Assembly: GCF_009914755.1 (NCBI RefSeq)
Contig: NC_060928.1
Strand: one strand, 5' to 3'
Length of the DNA stretch: 64,000 nucleotides
Origin: the human T2T-CHM13v2.0 reference genome, Homo sapiens
Made by a program: the position numbers and the translations under genes
Shown: positions 42,431 to 55,675 of the stretch, one piece after another
Numbering within the stretch: position 1 is the first letter of the stretch
How the letters are laid out: every line of letters starts with the position of its first letter
The notes under the pieces: generated by a model
Database searches by the model: none
Told to the model about the DNA's origin: nothing
What the model saw: the letters and a program-made list of their open reading frames with translations, nothing else

Positions 42431-45094
42431 TCTTTTTATTTTAATAAAAATGGTTAAGCATTTTTGAAATTTTCAAGAAAATTGTAACAATTTCTCTTCT
42501 GCTTTCAATTTTAATCAATATTATGATGAATTTAATAAGTACTTTGTATTCTTAAAGGTAAATATGGCTATTTTAAATGAAAACAAACAAGTCTTTAGAC
42601 CTTAAGGAACCGTATTAAATTGGGGCAGGTTACTGCTGTCGCTGACGATGGATCCTTGTCTTTAACACCGGGAGTATAACACTCACCCCAGTTTTCACAT
42701 TAGGATTAAATTAAATATGACAACCCTGTAAGGTGCCTCGCACAGTATGTAGCACAAGGTAGTAGCAAAAAAAAAAAAAAAAAAAAAAAATCAGTTGCTT
42801 TCCCTTCTTTTTCAAGCAAAAAAAAACCAAAAAACTTGAGTTTTAACTTAAAATTCTAATGTATGAATACAAATAAGAAAAAAAAATAATTCAAGCAATG
42901 ATTATTTTCCTAACACTGCCAGACAGCTGACTGGTCAGCCCAACTGTAATAAACAGTAAATATTATTTACTTCATATTTTGGTTTTGTTACAGACTTTAA
43001 GATGCCAAAACAAAGTCTAATATATTTGAGATAAGATTTCAGCACCTTTTTCCCTCGATCCAGGTCATTTTAACCAGTATACAAAGATGATATGACCATA
43101 ATTATTTTAAGGTACCATTTATAGTGTTCAAAATTGAGGGATCCTGTACAAAGAAAGCTGCATCCAATATATAAATATTTAACATTCATGGGATTTTACT
43201 GAAAGAAAAAGAAAAGTCCTGAAAGGAAAGAAGCTGGAATTTCCCAGGAGGCTAGAAAAACATTGATTTCTCCTTGCTGTTCAGCCAACACATCCCTTTG
43301 GACGTGATCCTTTTCGGTGACAAGAAAGCTAGAAAAATTTAAGCCAGAAGGAAATTCGAAGGGCAAAAAAAAATAACTTGCCCATTGTCCTTCATACGGC
43401 TCCTGGATATCCTTTCTCTATAATTTTTGCAGTAGAGAGAAAACCCCAGCTCCTATGGGATTAAGGGGGAAAAAAAAATCTCCTAACCAAAAACATATTC
43501 TTACCTCAATTCAACTCCATTCAAGTAGTTAAGAGTTATCTGGCAATTTCATATCAAATATTAGAAGGATATGAGACTTTCGGCTAACAAACCTGAAATT
43601 TAGAAATCTGTTCCCTCATACGTCTCATTCCCTTTCATGGTGGATTACGGTGCTAAAGAAGAAAATCTGCTGCTCTCCTAACAATCACAAGGAAAGCGAG
43701 CCCAAGAGAGGAAAATCAGATCTGTAAAAATACGATGACATTCCCCTGAATTTTTATTTATGCAAACATTTTCTAAAGGTTTGTGTAAGGCCTTCACCCA
43801 GTATCCAAATTCTGAGTCAGCATGATGGCACAATAGGAACCGAAAGTTTCTTCCCTTTCTCTGGAGTTTCCCGGGTAGAGTCAAGCACTTCTTATAGCTG
43901 CAGAAATCCCACCAGGTGGGGCCCAAGGCACTGACTTACACCATCTTAGACTCCTGCTCTGCGGCCACAGCTAGAAAACAGCGCTTTTGCAGGCTTTGTG
44001 CCATATGAACTTCTCATCAATCAGATCAGGTAGACAAGCCCGATATTAATATGCCATTTAACCTTCCCAAAGTTTTCAGAAGAAGATGATGGAGACCCGA
44101 CATTAGATCTCAGGTCTTTTAACATCTAGCCTAGTCCTTCCCTTCTCTATGTTTAGCCATCATAGGGCACTGCCTACCTATCTCTCCCTAATTAAGGCTC
44201 AAAAATTTTGTTCACCACATTGCAAAAGGATAGAATCAATTTACAAAACACAATGGCCTAGAAAAGTCAGCACTGAGGCTGCCATGTGTATTTGAAAAGG
44301 ACAGAACTTTTTAATAGCTGAAAATACCTCGTGATACTGAAAAAAAAGTTCCTTCTATTGCCAAGAGAATAAAAATGAATTGAAAAGCATTAACCACATG
44401 ATTCTGAAACATACTTGAAGATGGTTTTCTTTTTACTAGTATTGTGTTTCCATCTCAAGAATCCTTCTGAAAAAAGCAGTTTTATCATCTCCATTTCTTC
44501 AATTAGGTTTCTAGGACCTAACTAACAGATAAGTACTTCCTAAGATAAATCCTCATATGAGGGTCTAGTCCATTCTTTATTTATTCCAGTAGTGCACTCC
44601 CCCGGCTGACTGTTTTCAGGAGTTATCTGGAAACTCTATATTCTATAAGGAGTAGTTTTGACTTCCTCATTAAAAACACTGGTCTAATGCTACTTTATTC
44701 ACCAATGCAAAAAATAAGAGAAAAAGTAAAATAATCAAATACTAAGGATTACTTAGTAAACACTTTCAAGTTTTACTTTTCACGTAGCATTTGGTTTCAT
44801 AAAGACAGATCATTTGGAAATATCCAGAAAACACACATGCAAAATTTCTTCTACATTCTTTATTAACTCAGCACATTTACTGAGGTTTCTACTCTGTGCT
44901 AGGCTGACTGTAACTAACATAATTCATCAGCAGTCCCTGAGTTTAAACTGGAGGACTGCTGATGATAGTCCCCCAGTTACTTTATGATGGTAACTGATTA
45001 CTAGATGATTAACTATCATCAACATTTTTTATAATTTTTATTGTAAGGTTTCCAGGATTAAAAAAGATTTATAAAAATATCTTAGTAAAAACGC

Positions 45095-45328
45095 AAATAT
45101 CATGTTATTGCTTGTAAGTGTGAGCTAAATAATGTGGACATAGAGTGTCAAACGATAGACAGTAGAGACTCAGAAGGGTGAGGGGGTAGGAGGGGGGTGA
45201 TGATGAGAAATTTCTTAATGGATATGTTATCTGGATGATGGATACTATAAAAGCCCTGACTTCACCACTATGCAATCTATGTATGTAACAAAATTACACT
45301 TGTACTCCATAAACTTATACAAATAAAA
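45095..45328 (+). mobile_element. 5'-truncated L1 (L1PB/L1MA-like 3' UTR)
   Basis: GATAGACAGTAGAGACTCAGAAGGGTGAGGGG...GACTTCACCACTATGCAATCTATG...AAATAAAA; ATATCTTAGTA on both flanks. Confidence 0.85.
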
Positions 45329-45472
45329 GAAATATATCTTAGTAGGTCAAATTTTAAAATTTTGCTTTGGTTACTGTTTCATTCAGAAGCTGACAACAAT
45401 AATAAAAGAAAATTAAGCTACCCTAGAACCACTCTCCTTTTTAGAGACCCTAACTTATATCTACCTCTTCAT

Positions 45473-45551
<79 letters not shown>

Positions 45552-45556
45552 ATATA
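45473..45556. repeat. Compound (TC)n(TA)n(CA)n microsatellite at an Alu tail
   Basis: Read directly. Confidence 0.93.
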
Positions 45557-45770
45557 GCTCTTTCGCCCAGGCTGGATGCAATGGTGCGATCTGGGCTCAC
45601 TGCAACCTCAGACTCCTGGGTTCAAGAGATTCTCCTGCCTCAGCCTCCTGAGTAGCTTGGCACCTGCCACCAAGCCCAGCTAATTTTTGTATTTTTTAGT
45701 AGAGATGGGGTTTCACCATGTTGGTCAGGCTGGTCTCAAACTCCTGACCTCAGGTGATCCACCTGCCTCG
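45557..45770 (-). mobile_element. Alu (S-like), truncated
   Basis: TCGCCCAGGCTGG...CCTGACCTCAGGTGATCCACCTGCCTCG. Confidence 0.9.
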
Positions 45771-48700
45771 AGCAATAGGCAACTTTTTACAGGTGAACAT
45801 AACAATGACAATAAATTACTATGATGAAGATCAAAATTTCATCTGCAAAACTGTCATCAAGTTCCACATAGGGTTATGTGTGAGCATAGGTAGACACAAC
45901 GGTCAACAAATCCAGCTTTTTAAAGATTCTACTTGTCCCTAGCTAGCTGCAAAAATAAACTGTATTTCTAGACACTCTGTGATGCAACCTTCTCTGCTAG
46001 TCCTATTTCTCCTACAAATGGAAAAATGGGGTTGGCAACAAAACTCTTGCTTGCTCTGCACTGCCCTTGCAATTTTCCCTATACAGATTGAAGGCATGTG
46101 AGTACCATCGCTCAGTGAGCTTTGTAAGTGATCTAGAGATAACAAGTGGATAATTGCAGCAGGTTTACAGGTTTAGCTACAGTGGGTATTATACAAATGC
46201 ACTCTTTTACAGAGACTTTATAATCCTCTACACAGCCTCTGCTAACAGTCTGCAAATAGTCCCAGCTAGATTATCAGAATTTCTGAGTTAGCAATGCCTC
46301 CTGCTCCCTGTCCAGTCCTCTGCTCAACTCCCCGCTCTTCACTTTGGTACAGATTAACTCCCAACTCCCCCCACCTCCACCCCCAGTCTTTGTTGTTGTT
46401 CTCTAGGATATTTTAAGGCTTTCATCTTCTCTATCTGAGATACTGGATGATTTATATCCCTAAAAGAGTTTATAGCAGAGTCCACAGTTCCTAGGCAGGT
46501 AATTCAAGATCATAATATTTAAAAAGTAATCATGAACCTAAAGTATAATTTTTAAATTATCTGAATAAAATCCAATGGCTGCCTTTTCTAAATAAGTAAG
46601 GACATGTAAGGATAGCACAGAAGAGTACTAAGTGTCTTGATTACTACAGTATTAGCTTCCTACAGATTGGCTCAGCTCAGCACAAACACTTAAGCAACAG
46701 CTTCAAAGAGGACAAGTTTTAAATGAACATTCCCTTAAAAAAAGAGAGAGAGAGAGAGAGCGCGCAACCTTTAGTCCCAGGACAGCAGCACCTACATAAT
46801 GCTGAGCTCTACTTTTACCTGGGAATAAAACATATATGTTTTTCTGCTTGCTACAGACAGTGCTGGCATGTTTTCTCTTTAAATTCCAAGTCTTTTACCA
46901 AAATCAAAAGGAAATCAGCTTTATAAAATTCCAGTCATGTCTATGATACATAAATGAGGAACAAAAGGAGTCAAAAATGAAGTGTTTTGATTGCTCAAAA
47001 AAAAATTCAATCACATAAACCCAAATGGTTCTGTCTAAAGAACATTAAAAAAAAAAAACTCATCCGCTACAAAATTGATATTATAGCAAGTGCTTGTGAG
47101 TCTACAAATTCAAGTCCAGAGAGTCCCATTTGTGAGACCCTACCTCTGCTCTGTTAAATCACATAAGGGTCTCGGACCACAGGGAAGACTCGATCAAAAT
47201 AATGAGGTTGATGAGAGCAAATCTAAGACCTGTATGGGAGTGGAAAAAATACTTCAAAAGCAAGATTTTTGCGGATTGGCTCAATGGTCTTTTTTTTAGT
47301 GTGTGGTCTTTTTTTTTTAAGACTATCTTTTGGGTTGTTCTCATGTCTTTATCAATGAAGAAGAAACTACTAGGGTCATTTCAAAAAAACTATCTGAGTA
47401 AGAACCAGGCATGTAAATGCAATATTAGCTCTGCAAGGGTTACATGTAGTATGGCTTCCTGGCACACTTAAATAAGCAAACTGGCCATAAGGTATTTGAT
47501 GGGGGAATGGCAAGCGCTTCCAATTATTCTGACTATGATCCTGTCCCAAATTGTAGCAATGCCATGAAGGAGGGATCAAACAGGAAACTTTGGGGGCTCT
47601 GAGGAATTTTCCCACACATTCTCCTGACATCTATATATACATTTGAGTTAGAATAATACACTTTCTAAAACTTATTCTCCACTTGAAGGGGAAAACTCAA
47701 TGTGTTTAGCTTCAAAAAGTGCACAACTTAAAATAGAAAAGTGAAAATTATTTATAGGTTAAGTCAAATTCAATAGCTTCTTGCAATAAAGTGAAAAGAT
47801 ACTCTACCTTAAAAATCTTGCATGAGATATAAGCCTTAGTCTCCATCTATCCTTGAATATTATTTATGTGATTATTTTCAAAGGTATCCAACAATGTCAC
47901 GTACAGTGGTACATTCAGAAGCTTACTGATTAGACAAGTCCAACTTAGTTCCTTAATTCCAGATGTGAACAATGACAAAATCAGATTTTAGCTGTTTATA
48001 AGCAAGTACAAATATGCAGGGTAGGTAAGACAAAGTTATAATAGGTATAATTCTGTTTAATAGAAACCAAAGTGTTGATTCCCTTAAGGTAAAAGTCACA
48101 ACAGAACTAAGTTATACAAGGTAATTAGAAAAGAACTCATGGAACATTTTCATAGCAATTTCTACTTTAAAAAAATAAACATTTTAAAAGATAGCTGAAA
48201 TGAGAACACCCATATCTTTCCTTTCCCACCTAAAAATTGACTCTTAGAAAGATCACAAAGAACCAAAAACAATGAAGTTTGCAGCGCTACACTGACCAGG
48301 TGTTATTGTGGTTTGATGTGACTGAGCTGCAACGTTTGCTGCAGCTTCCTGCACTGTGTTGCTTTTCCCTCCCCAAGCATCTGAAGAGAAATGAGATGTT
48401 TCTTTTCTAAGGTGTTAAACATTTGGGTTGCATGCGGGACAAATGGAAGATTGACGCCTAAGATGAATAACCACAGTGCATTAGGCCAGTGGGAACTTTC
48501 ACTACATTAAAGCTGGCCAAGCTCACCATTCACACGGTGTTCAGGCACACAACTGCCAGAGCCAAACTAGGGATGTAAAGAACTATTTTTTTCTTTTAAT
48601 ACTTTACCATTGGCCTACAGGGATTTTCATAAATAAAGTTCAGAGAACGAAAGGTTTGGGAGTATGCTTTTAATAAACTCTCCAGGGTCCTGGCTCTAAA

Positions 48701-51700
48701 ATATTTAACAGGCTTCTGCATCTTCTCTTCACTCTCTGTGAAGAAGACCAACTCAAGCCAAAGTTTACTATGCCCTAAGAACTCACGCTGACACCAAATA
48801 TGTCATGATAGGTGCTTTCTTCTTAGACCCAATTTATCTGAACTAAGAATTCTTATTTAAAATTCTGTGAGAGACCCATTCATAAGATTTCTGGTATAGA
48901 CACATTCACACCCCTAAGGATTCCAGTTCTAGAAGGATGTAATTTGCCAATTAAAATTCCCCTTGAGAAGAAAAAAAGCTGAGTAGGTGAAAGTGGTGCT
49001 CCTGAACAGGTAATACTGTATATTGGTCATAGGTAAAATCTGTTCCAGGATACACACAGTAGCATTTGTCTAAAAAATAAGCAAAAGCATATGCACTTTT
49101 TATAATTAGATTCCAGCAGAAACATTTCTCTGCATGCCAGTTGGCCATAGCTGGTATCCTCTGGATTGTCTGCAGTTAGATACAAACAGAAGACTGTTTA
49201 GGGAAGGAGTGGTCAGGTCCCTCCCCCACCCCAGGTGTTTTTCCAGTCCTAACACTTTTGGGAAGCAGATGCAGTAAACAAGCAATTGTTTGTAATGGAA
49301 ATTCAAGAAGCAGGATGCCAAGGGGATGCTCCCATCCTAAGCCCAAACACAAATGGTCACCATGCTCCTGACACCCTAGATGAAAATCTATCACTGTGGA
49401 TGTTAGTGACACAAACACTCAGCCCTGCTAAGGACAGAGTTAAAGAGCAAGAAGGCAGAAGTGTGGTTAGGGGTGAAGAAGAGAGGCTGTCTTCCGGTTA
49501 GTGTTTTTGATCTCCGACACATTAAAAACAGCTGTTAGGTATTAAAAACCAAAGATTGTAACTCACTTCGGTTGGACCCTAAAAAAAAAATTTACATAGT
49601 CTTGTGGTTACAGCTGAAAAGCTTCTGGAATTGTGCAAACTGCAGAATATCTCAAGAAAACATGCCTAAAATAAATACATCCTAATATTTAACAGAATAA
49701 AGCAAAGCAACAGATAACAGGGTAAGGTAACTGTTTCCTGACCACACCTCTTTCCTACACTTTACCCAGACCAACATTTATTCTGGCCACAAATCTTTCC
49801 TAAACAATGAATGACTGTTTGATTCACTGACCTCAAAATTTTAATACATACACTAACAATAAATACCTTCTATCAAAAGATATTTTCTATCAAAATTTCA
49901 AAATGACTAGTATACTGGTAGATTGGGAGAAAAGACTGTGGAAACACAAGGCAGAATGCTGGCATAAAGAGGAAGATCAGCTTAATTTTCAATATTCTTA
50001 GGGATTGCTTATAAATACCAATAAATTTTCATTATATTGATTTTTTAAAATTACCATTTTGAAAGGAGAAGTAGCTGATCTTTTTAAGAAATAAATTCCA
50101 CAAATGCTGTATACTCACAGCTGAAAAACGTAAGGCTGTTTTGTGGCTATTTTCTATTGTCACCAACACTACTTTGATTTGGAAAGATTATTTGTTATTC
50201 TGAAAATGATTTAACAGGAATCTTCAAATATTCCTTATCTAAAACATATTCTCCTTCCCTTCTCCACCCCCTCCAAAAACAGCAAAAAAACCTGCCCAAA
50301 TATTAAAGAGATATCTATATATTTGTATGTTTTGTTCAAAAATTTAAAGTCTCCTACAACTTTTAAAACTCAAGCATTTATTTGAGGGGCCTCTAAATAT
50401 TAAACTATTTTTGCTTTTTTAAATTACTTTTTAAGTAGGAGATTCATCCTCATCACACAGACATCTTTATCATTAAATACTTGAAAAGCCTTAAAATAAA
50501 ATATGAAATACCTATTTCTTACAGCAACCATCACAAGATCTCCCTCAAGATTAGAACCCCAAGATCTCCACTTTAACTACTATATAAAAATTAGAAAAAG
50601 CTTATTCCTTAGCTGAGAGATCAAATATCCTTTAGCAATTTATTGGAAAATAATTACAATAACATCTAAATTGCAGTGCTCAAAGTGATCATATTTGATA
50701 TAAGTATCATTTCAACAACTGAAGATTATGTGTAATGATAACCACAAATACTCTTGTTGATAACTGTTGATTTTGAGCCACTATTCTCTGCTAGTGAATC
50801 TTCTCACTCCCAGATTTTGTTCACTAAGGTATTAACAACGTTACTCTTCCCAGATGTTTGTGACTGATTTTTTTCAGTTGGTAGAAACACTGGGCAAGTA
50901 AGTCAAACACTATAGGTTCCATTTTACAATCTGAGATTTGACCTCCAGGGCTGTCAGTGAGACTGGAACCCTAATCCCCGAGACCCATAGACATGTGTTT
51001 TTCATTGGGGGTTAGGTGATAAAGGGAGAGTGGGGCTGGAGAGAAGGTAAATATATTGATGGGTCAGTAAAAAGTCCGTCACCAACGCTGGTGGGCTAAT
51101 TCTAAGAGAGAACTCCATCACCAGCACATTTTACATCTACATACTACACAAGTTACCATTTAGGTATTTTCTCACTTAAATGAGGTTTCCACTTCCTAAG
51201 AGAAATATCATCAAATAAACCTGAAATTCTTTATAATGTTATGCATTTGCATAATGCAGTTATAATACCACTGCATTTTTAGAATTTTAAAAGTTAACTA
51301 AACCACAAGATTAAAAAAAAAAGGAACAACTTTCATTAGGGTTATCTTTGAGTGATGCTTTCTCAACAATTGACAATAAAGCAAAAATAACTCATCCCCG
51401 CCAAACCGATCCTAAGGAAACATTGGCCGATACAATAAAACAAGACACCATTTGAAAAGCCAAAGTAACATAACAAACATTCAGCTCCAAATGAGCTAAA
51501 GTAGCTCTGATTCTAGAAAGCTTGTGGGCATTAAAAGCTATACAGTCCTTACTTAGCTGAAAAAGTAAATCAATTTTTTCCTCTCATCAGCATAGAATGC
51601 ACAATACTCATAAAATCAGGGATTTGTTGATGTAACTTCACTTGATTTTATAACTTATGATCTGTTACATATTTATTTTAATCAATAAGCCAAAAGCTAA

Positions 51701-51891
51701 AATTTCAAAGGCAAGACATCAAAGGTAGCACTGTTTTAAGGTGGCCATTCCTCATAACAGCTCTTATTTAGCAACGACTAGTTATATATAATGAAAGCAT
51801 TACCAATGAGTTTGGAAAAATAAACATTCTGCCAAAATACAAATCAATTTGCACTTCTGAACATAATTTGCAACATCAGCATGTTACTTAC

Positions 51892-52025
51892 TGTTCTCGG
51901 GATGGGTGGAGAAAGAGATCCATTTGACATGTATGGGTCGTTATTCATATTTGGCATCATTATGTACCCGGAATAACTCGAGTAGGAGGGTCCCTTGTTG
52001 TAGAGGCCTCCATCTGGATGCTTTC
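51892..52025 (-). CDS. LEF1: LEF1 coding exon 3 (134 nt)
   Basis: Acceptor CTTCCCAG|GA, donor ACA|GTAAGT; reads (G)KHPDGGLYNKGPSYSSYSGYIMMPNMNNDPYMSNGSLSPPIPRT, contained in ORF 51844-52050; includes Met116 (ATG at 51960). Confidence 0.99.
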
Positions 52026-52039
52026 CTGGGAAGATCCAA

Positions 52040-52080
52040 AGAACAATCAATGATGCACTGACTTCCCTTTTATATTACTG
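52040..52080 (-). promoter_or_regulatory. LEF1: Internal LEF1 promoter (P2) core with TATA box, for dominant-negative LEF1
   Basis: Minus strand TATAAAAG at 52074-52067, about 50 nt upstream of exon 3; first in-frame downstream ATG is Met116. An intron-2 promoter for dnLEF1 is established. Confidence 0.8.
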
Positions 52081-53420
52081 TATTTTTCATCTGAAAATCT
52101 AATAGTTCTAAGATAAATCAGACCCTACATAAAAGATTTGTTTACAAAATACTGTAACTGGATTATTATGCTCTATTTTAGATTGACAGTATTTATTCTC
52201 TTAAATAGCTTAGCAGCAAACCAGATGTTTTAAAAACATGTAGTTCAAACAGTTCTTCCACTACTGACTGATGTTTTTACAAAAATAAGTGTTATCCATC
52301 TAACTTAATTTGTTCTAATACTAACAAACTGGACTAAAATATACAGAACACACACAACTTTAAAAATGTAATATAAATATATTAGGCCATCTAGCTACAC
52401 ACAAACACAGAGATTTATACACTTGAAATTATGTTTTGCCTTGTAGACAAACTCAAAGATTCTACCTGTGCTTGCAGATTTCTAGAAAAATTTCTAGATT
52501 CTACTGAAAGAGTTGTTATCTAGTATATAGGCAACTATCTAAATTTATAAAGGATTAACTCTGGGAGGCTTAATTTTATGTGCTACACTTAGATCATTTT
52601 GCCAAAAAATTTCTGTTCGATATGTGTATTTCTTCTTGTTAATCTGTGTAACTATCTTGTAGCTGAGGAAGAAGCCTAATATATAATTCTCTTCCCTGCT
52701 CCTGGTTGACATATTGTATGTAAAAACACTTCATTTCAGTTAGGCCAATTGTTAAGTAATTAATGGAAAACAGATAGGCTGACAAGAAATCCCTAAGGTT
52801 ACTTGATTCTTTTAAAGTCACAAAGAATTCTCCTTAAGTCTAAATACATATGTATGTAATTTTAAAGTTTTTAGCAAGAATCAGAAATAGGGAGAAAGGG
52901 TATCATTTCTGATATGCACATTCCTAATTATAAGTTTTATATTTTTACAAGTTAGATTCTGCTCTGCTCATTTACTGCCGGCCTTTTCACTGTAATAAGG
53001 AACAAGAAACAGCAATTTTGCAAGTGAAAATCCACTCAAAACTATTCTGGTTGGAAAATAAATCGATATATACTGTCGTTCTTCTTAATAATATATTAAA
53101 AATACTAAAGATCTAAGCTAATTAGGATTTAAGGTAAGATGAGGAAGAGAAAAACTCATTGTAGACATTCCCTCTTCCCAAAGAATCTGGAACCCACCTG
53201 AAATCCAAGGGTCCCTAACTCATTCAAAAACAGTTTTTAAATTATGTAATATATATTAGAGGTAAGCCATAAGTTTCCTGCGTTTTCTTTACCATTAAAA
53301 TAGTGGGCATAGTCTGACCTAGTCCCAGTTTCTTGAACTCAAAAGTAACAAAACACACCTATTTATACAAATTGCACCCCTTATCTGCTAAAGTCAGAAG
53401 AAGTAGAATGGGTGTCTTAC

Positions 53421-53487
53421 CGTCATCGGGGTGTTCTCTGGCCTTGTCGTGGTAGGGCTCCTGAGAGGTTTGTGCTTGTCTGGCCAC
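53421..53487 (-). CDS. LEF1: LEF1 coding exon 2 (67 nt)
   Basis: Acceptor TTAG|GTG, donor GACG|GTAAGA; reads VARQAQTSQEPYHDKAREHPDD plus 1 nt; in frame with exons 1 and 3. Not in the ORF track, read by hand. Confidence 0.98.
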
Positions 53488-54595
53488 CTAACATCATGAA
53501 TCCCCACACCCAAAAGAAAGAAAATCACCTTAGAGTTTGTGACAATAATGGTACAAATGTGTGTGCGCTGGTAATTCAAAGGAAGAGGTTTAGGGGCAAC
53601 TCTGTTTTATACTCTGAGAGACATACGCTAGTGTTTAGTACTGCATAATCCTTTTCTTGTCAACATGTATTTTTGAGTGATTATTATCCACCCGGGACCA
53701 AAAACGTATAAATAATAACAAAACCAATAAAAATATAGTTAAATTTGGGAATGATCCACATGCTGTTCTGACTGCTGTTTATTAAACCATATCAAGGCTC
53801 CTTGGATGCCTAATATTACAGGAGTAGGAGTTAATGGGGTTGATGGTTTCGATAGCCTCTTCAACCACTGTTCACTTCAATCAGATCTGATTAAAAGAAG
53901 GCTGAAATATCATTTTGCAACTGAAAATGGCATTTAAACATAAACAAGCCAACCACTCAGATGCGGTCTTAAGGCAACTGCCCTGAGCGCAGTTACAGCA
54001 GAAGCTCCACTCGAGCTTATAACCTACTATGGCTGGCTGAGTGCAGGCTTACAAAAGTAGAACGATTCTGTGGTTAAAGGGAGGAAAATTAGAGAGTCAG
54101 GTTATAGACATCTAAAAGGTAGCCCAGTTGATATCAGTTTTGGTAATCACCATCCACCCAGACAGCCTCAAACACGTGCAAATCAGTGGTATTACTCCTT
54201 CACCCTCAGGCCTCCTCATGCCCACTTAACACCCGAGTGCTCTCGGATTCGAACGCAGTGTCCTTCACCCGGACCAGAAAATTGTGGAGAATATGAAGTG
54301 GGTGGCAAAATTATTTATGGACTAAGGCAGGACTAGCAAAATGGGTAGAAAGAGAGGCTGCTCTACAAATAGGAGAGTTTGGCAAAAAGCCTGTGTTTTG
54401 GATGTTATTCGGTTCTCTGGACGTGTGTCCTCCCTTTGACCTCCTTTTCCCAGCACACAGTAGTCACAAATCTTTTACGCGGGGTTAGGTGCACCCTACC
54501 CCCGCCCCCAGCCCGCTCAAACTGGATTCAACGGGTAAAGAACACCATTCTGTTCTCTGAACGCAGGCCCCCAGCCTTTCAAAATTCGTACTCAC

Positions 54596-54604
54596 CTCTG
54601 CCAT
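54596..54604 (-). CDS. LEF1: Coding end of an alternative LEF1 first exon in intron 1 (Met-Ala-Glu); 5' boundary not determined
   Basis: Minus strand CCCA ATG GCA GAG|GTGAGT: strong phase-0 donor that joins exon 2 to give MAEVARQAQ..., matching my recollection of an annotated N-terminally shortened LEF1 isoform. Confidence 0.8.
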
Positions 54605-55673
54605 TGGGATAGAGAAGGCAGATCTGAGGTGTTCTTAAACGCGCTGTTTAAAACCCAAAATGTCCCCGCCCTCAAAACCACACACTTTCTTTTTGGGGGT
54701 AGAAAGATGCCATTTAAGGAAAAAAAGGTATATCCTCCAAGTTTCTTTGGAGGGAAAAGGCGTTGGTTAAATCATTCGGGTGTCAGGACTTTTCTACCGG
54801 ATTTCCTCCAGAGGGTTTCCCAGTTGTGGAACAAGGGTGACCAGTGGAGTGTCGGGTATCAGGGTCCATCCGCCCCCTAGACCAGCTCTGGACTAGGCTT
54901 CAAACAGCCCTCCAGCGCGGCCCTGCTCCGCGCTTTCTCTAGCCAGCACCCACGTGTCTCTATTTACTCTACTCAGGTTACCAGCTCTATCGCCCGCAGC
55001 GGGCCAGAAGACCCGATAAAGCGCCTTCCACCCTGCAGGACTAGTGCCCGGCTTCCGCTGCTTCTCCGCCTTTCTTCTGCGTAGATTTAAGGCCTGATCC
55101 GGTCCCAAACCCCAAATAAAAGTTGTGGGTTTGTTTCCAAGTGATGGCGGTTGGAGAAAACTAGAGTTGGGGGCGGTACAGCCAGGGTGTACCCTTGCGG
55201 TGGGTCGGCTCGGCGCACCCACAGCTCCCAGCTGCTAGCCCAGGCGCTGGGGCCGCAGGGACTGAACCCCGCACCGCCCCCGCAGCCCGGGTGCGCGCCC
55301 CATCGGCCGGCCTGCTCCCCGCGGCCCGGCTCACCGGTGGTAGGGACGGCCCCGCCTGCCCCAGCCCACGCCCGCCTCCCCTTCCTCCCGCCTGTGGCTC
55401 TGCTCGTCTCCACCTAAGCCTTTGGTGGTTTAACGCACTTTTGCAGAGACATCTACCAAGAGATAGCGTGTGCACTTTGTTTTCCGTCCCACGGAAGAAT
55501 TTATCAGTAGCGTTATTCAGCCCTACTCGCTTTAAAGCACGGCACCCCTCAGCCCAACAAAAAGACCGAAGGCGAAACATTGTGGGTTCCTGCCCGCGAA
55601 CCAACCGTTCAGCCACCGAACCCCCTAAACTGATCCATTTGGAATAAGTTACCCTGCCCCTCTACCTCCCATC

Positions 55674-55675
<2 letters not shown>

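Noticed and set aside
44960-44997. Box C/D snoRNA-like TGATGA ... CTGA
   Set aside because: Only 38 nt from box C to box D, no terminal stem, and on the strand opposite to the host intron.
54893-55647. Several overlapping 88-151 aa ORFs in intron 1
   Set aside because: CpG-island artefacts: Ala/Arg/Gly/Pro-rich, on both strands, mostly non-ATG starts.
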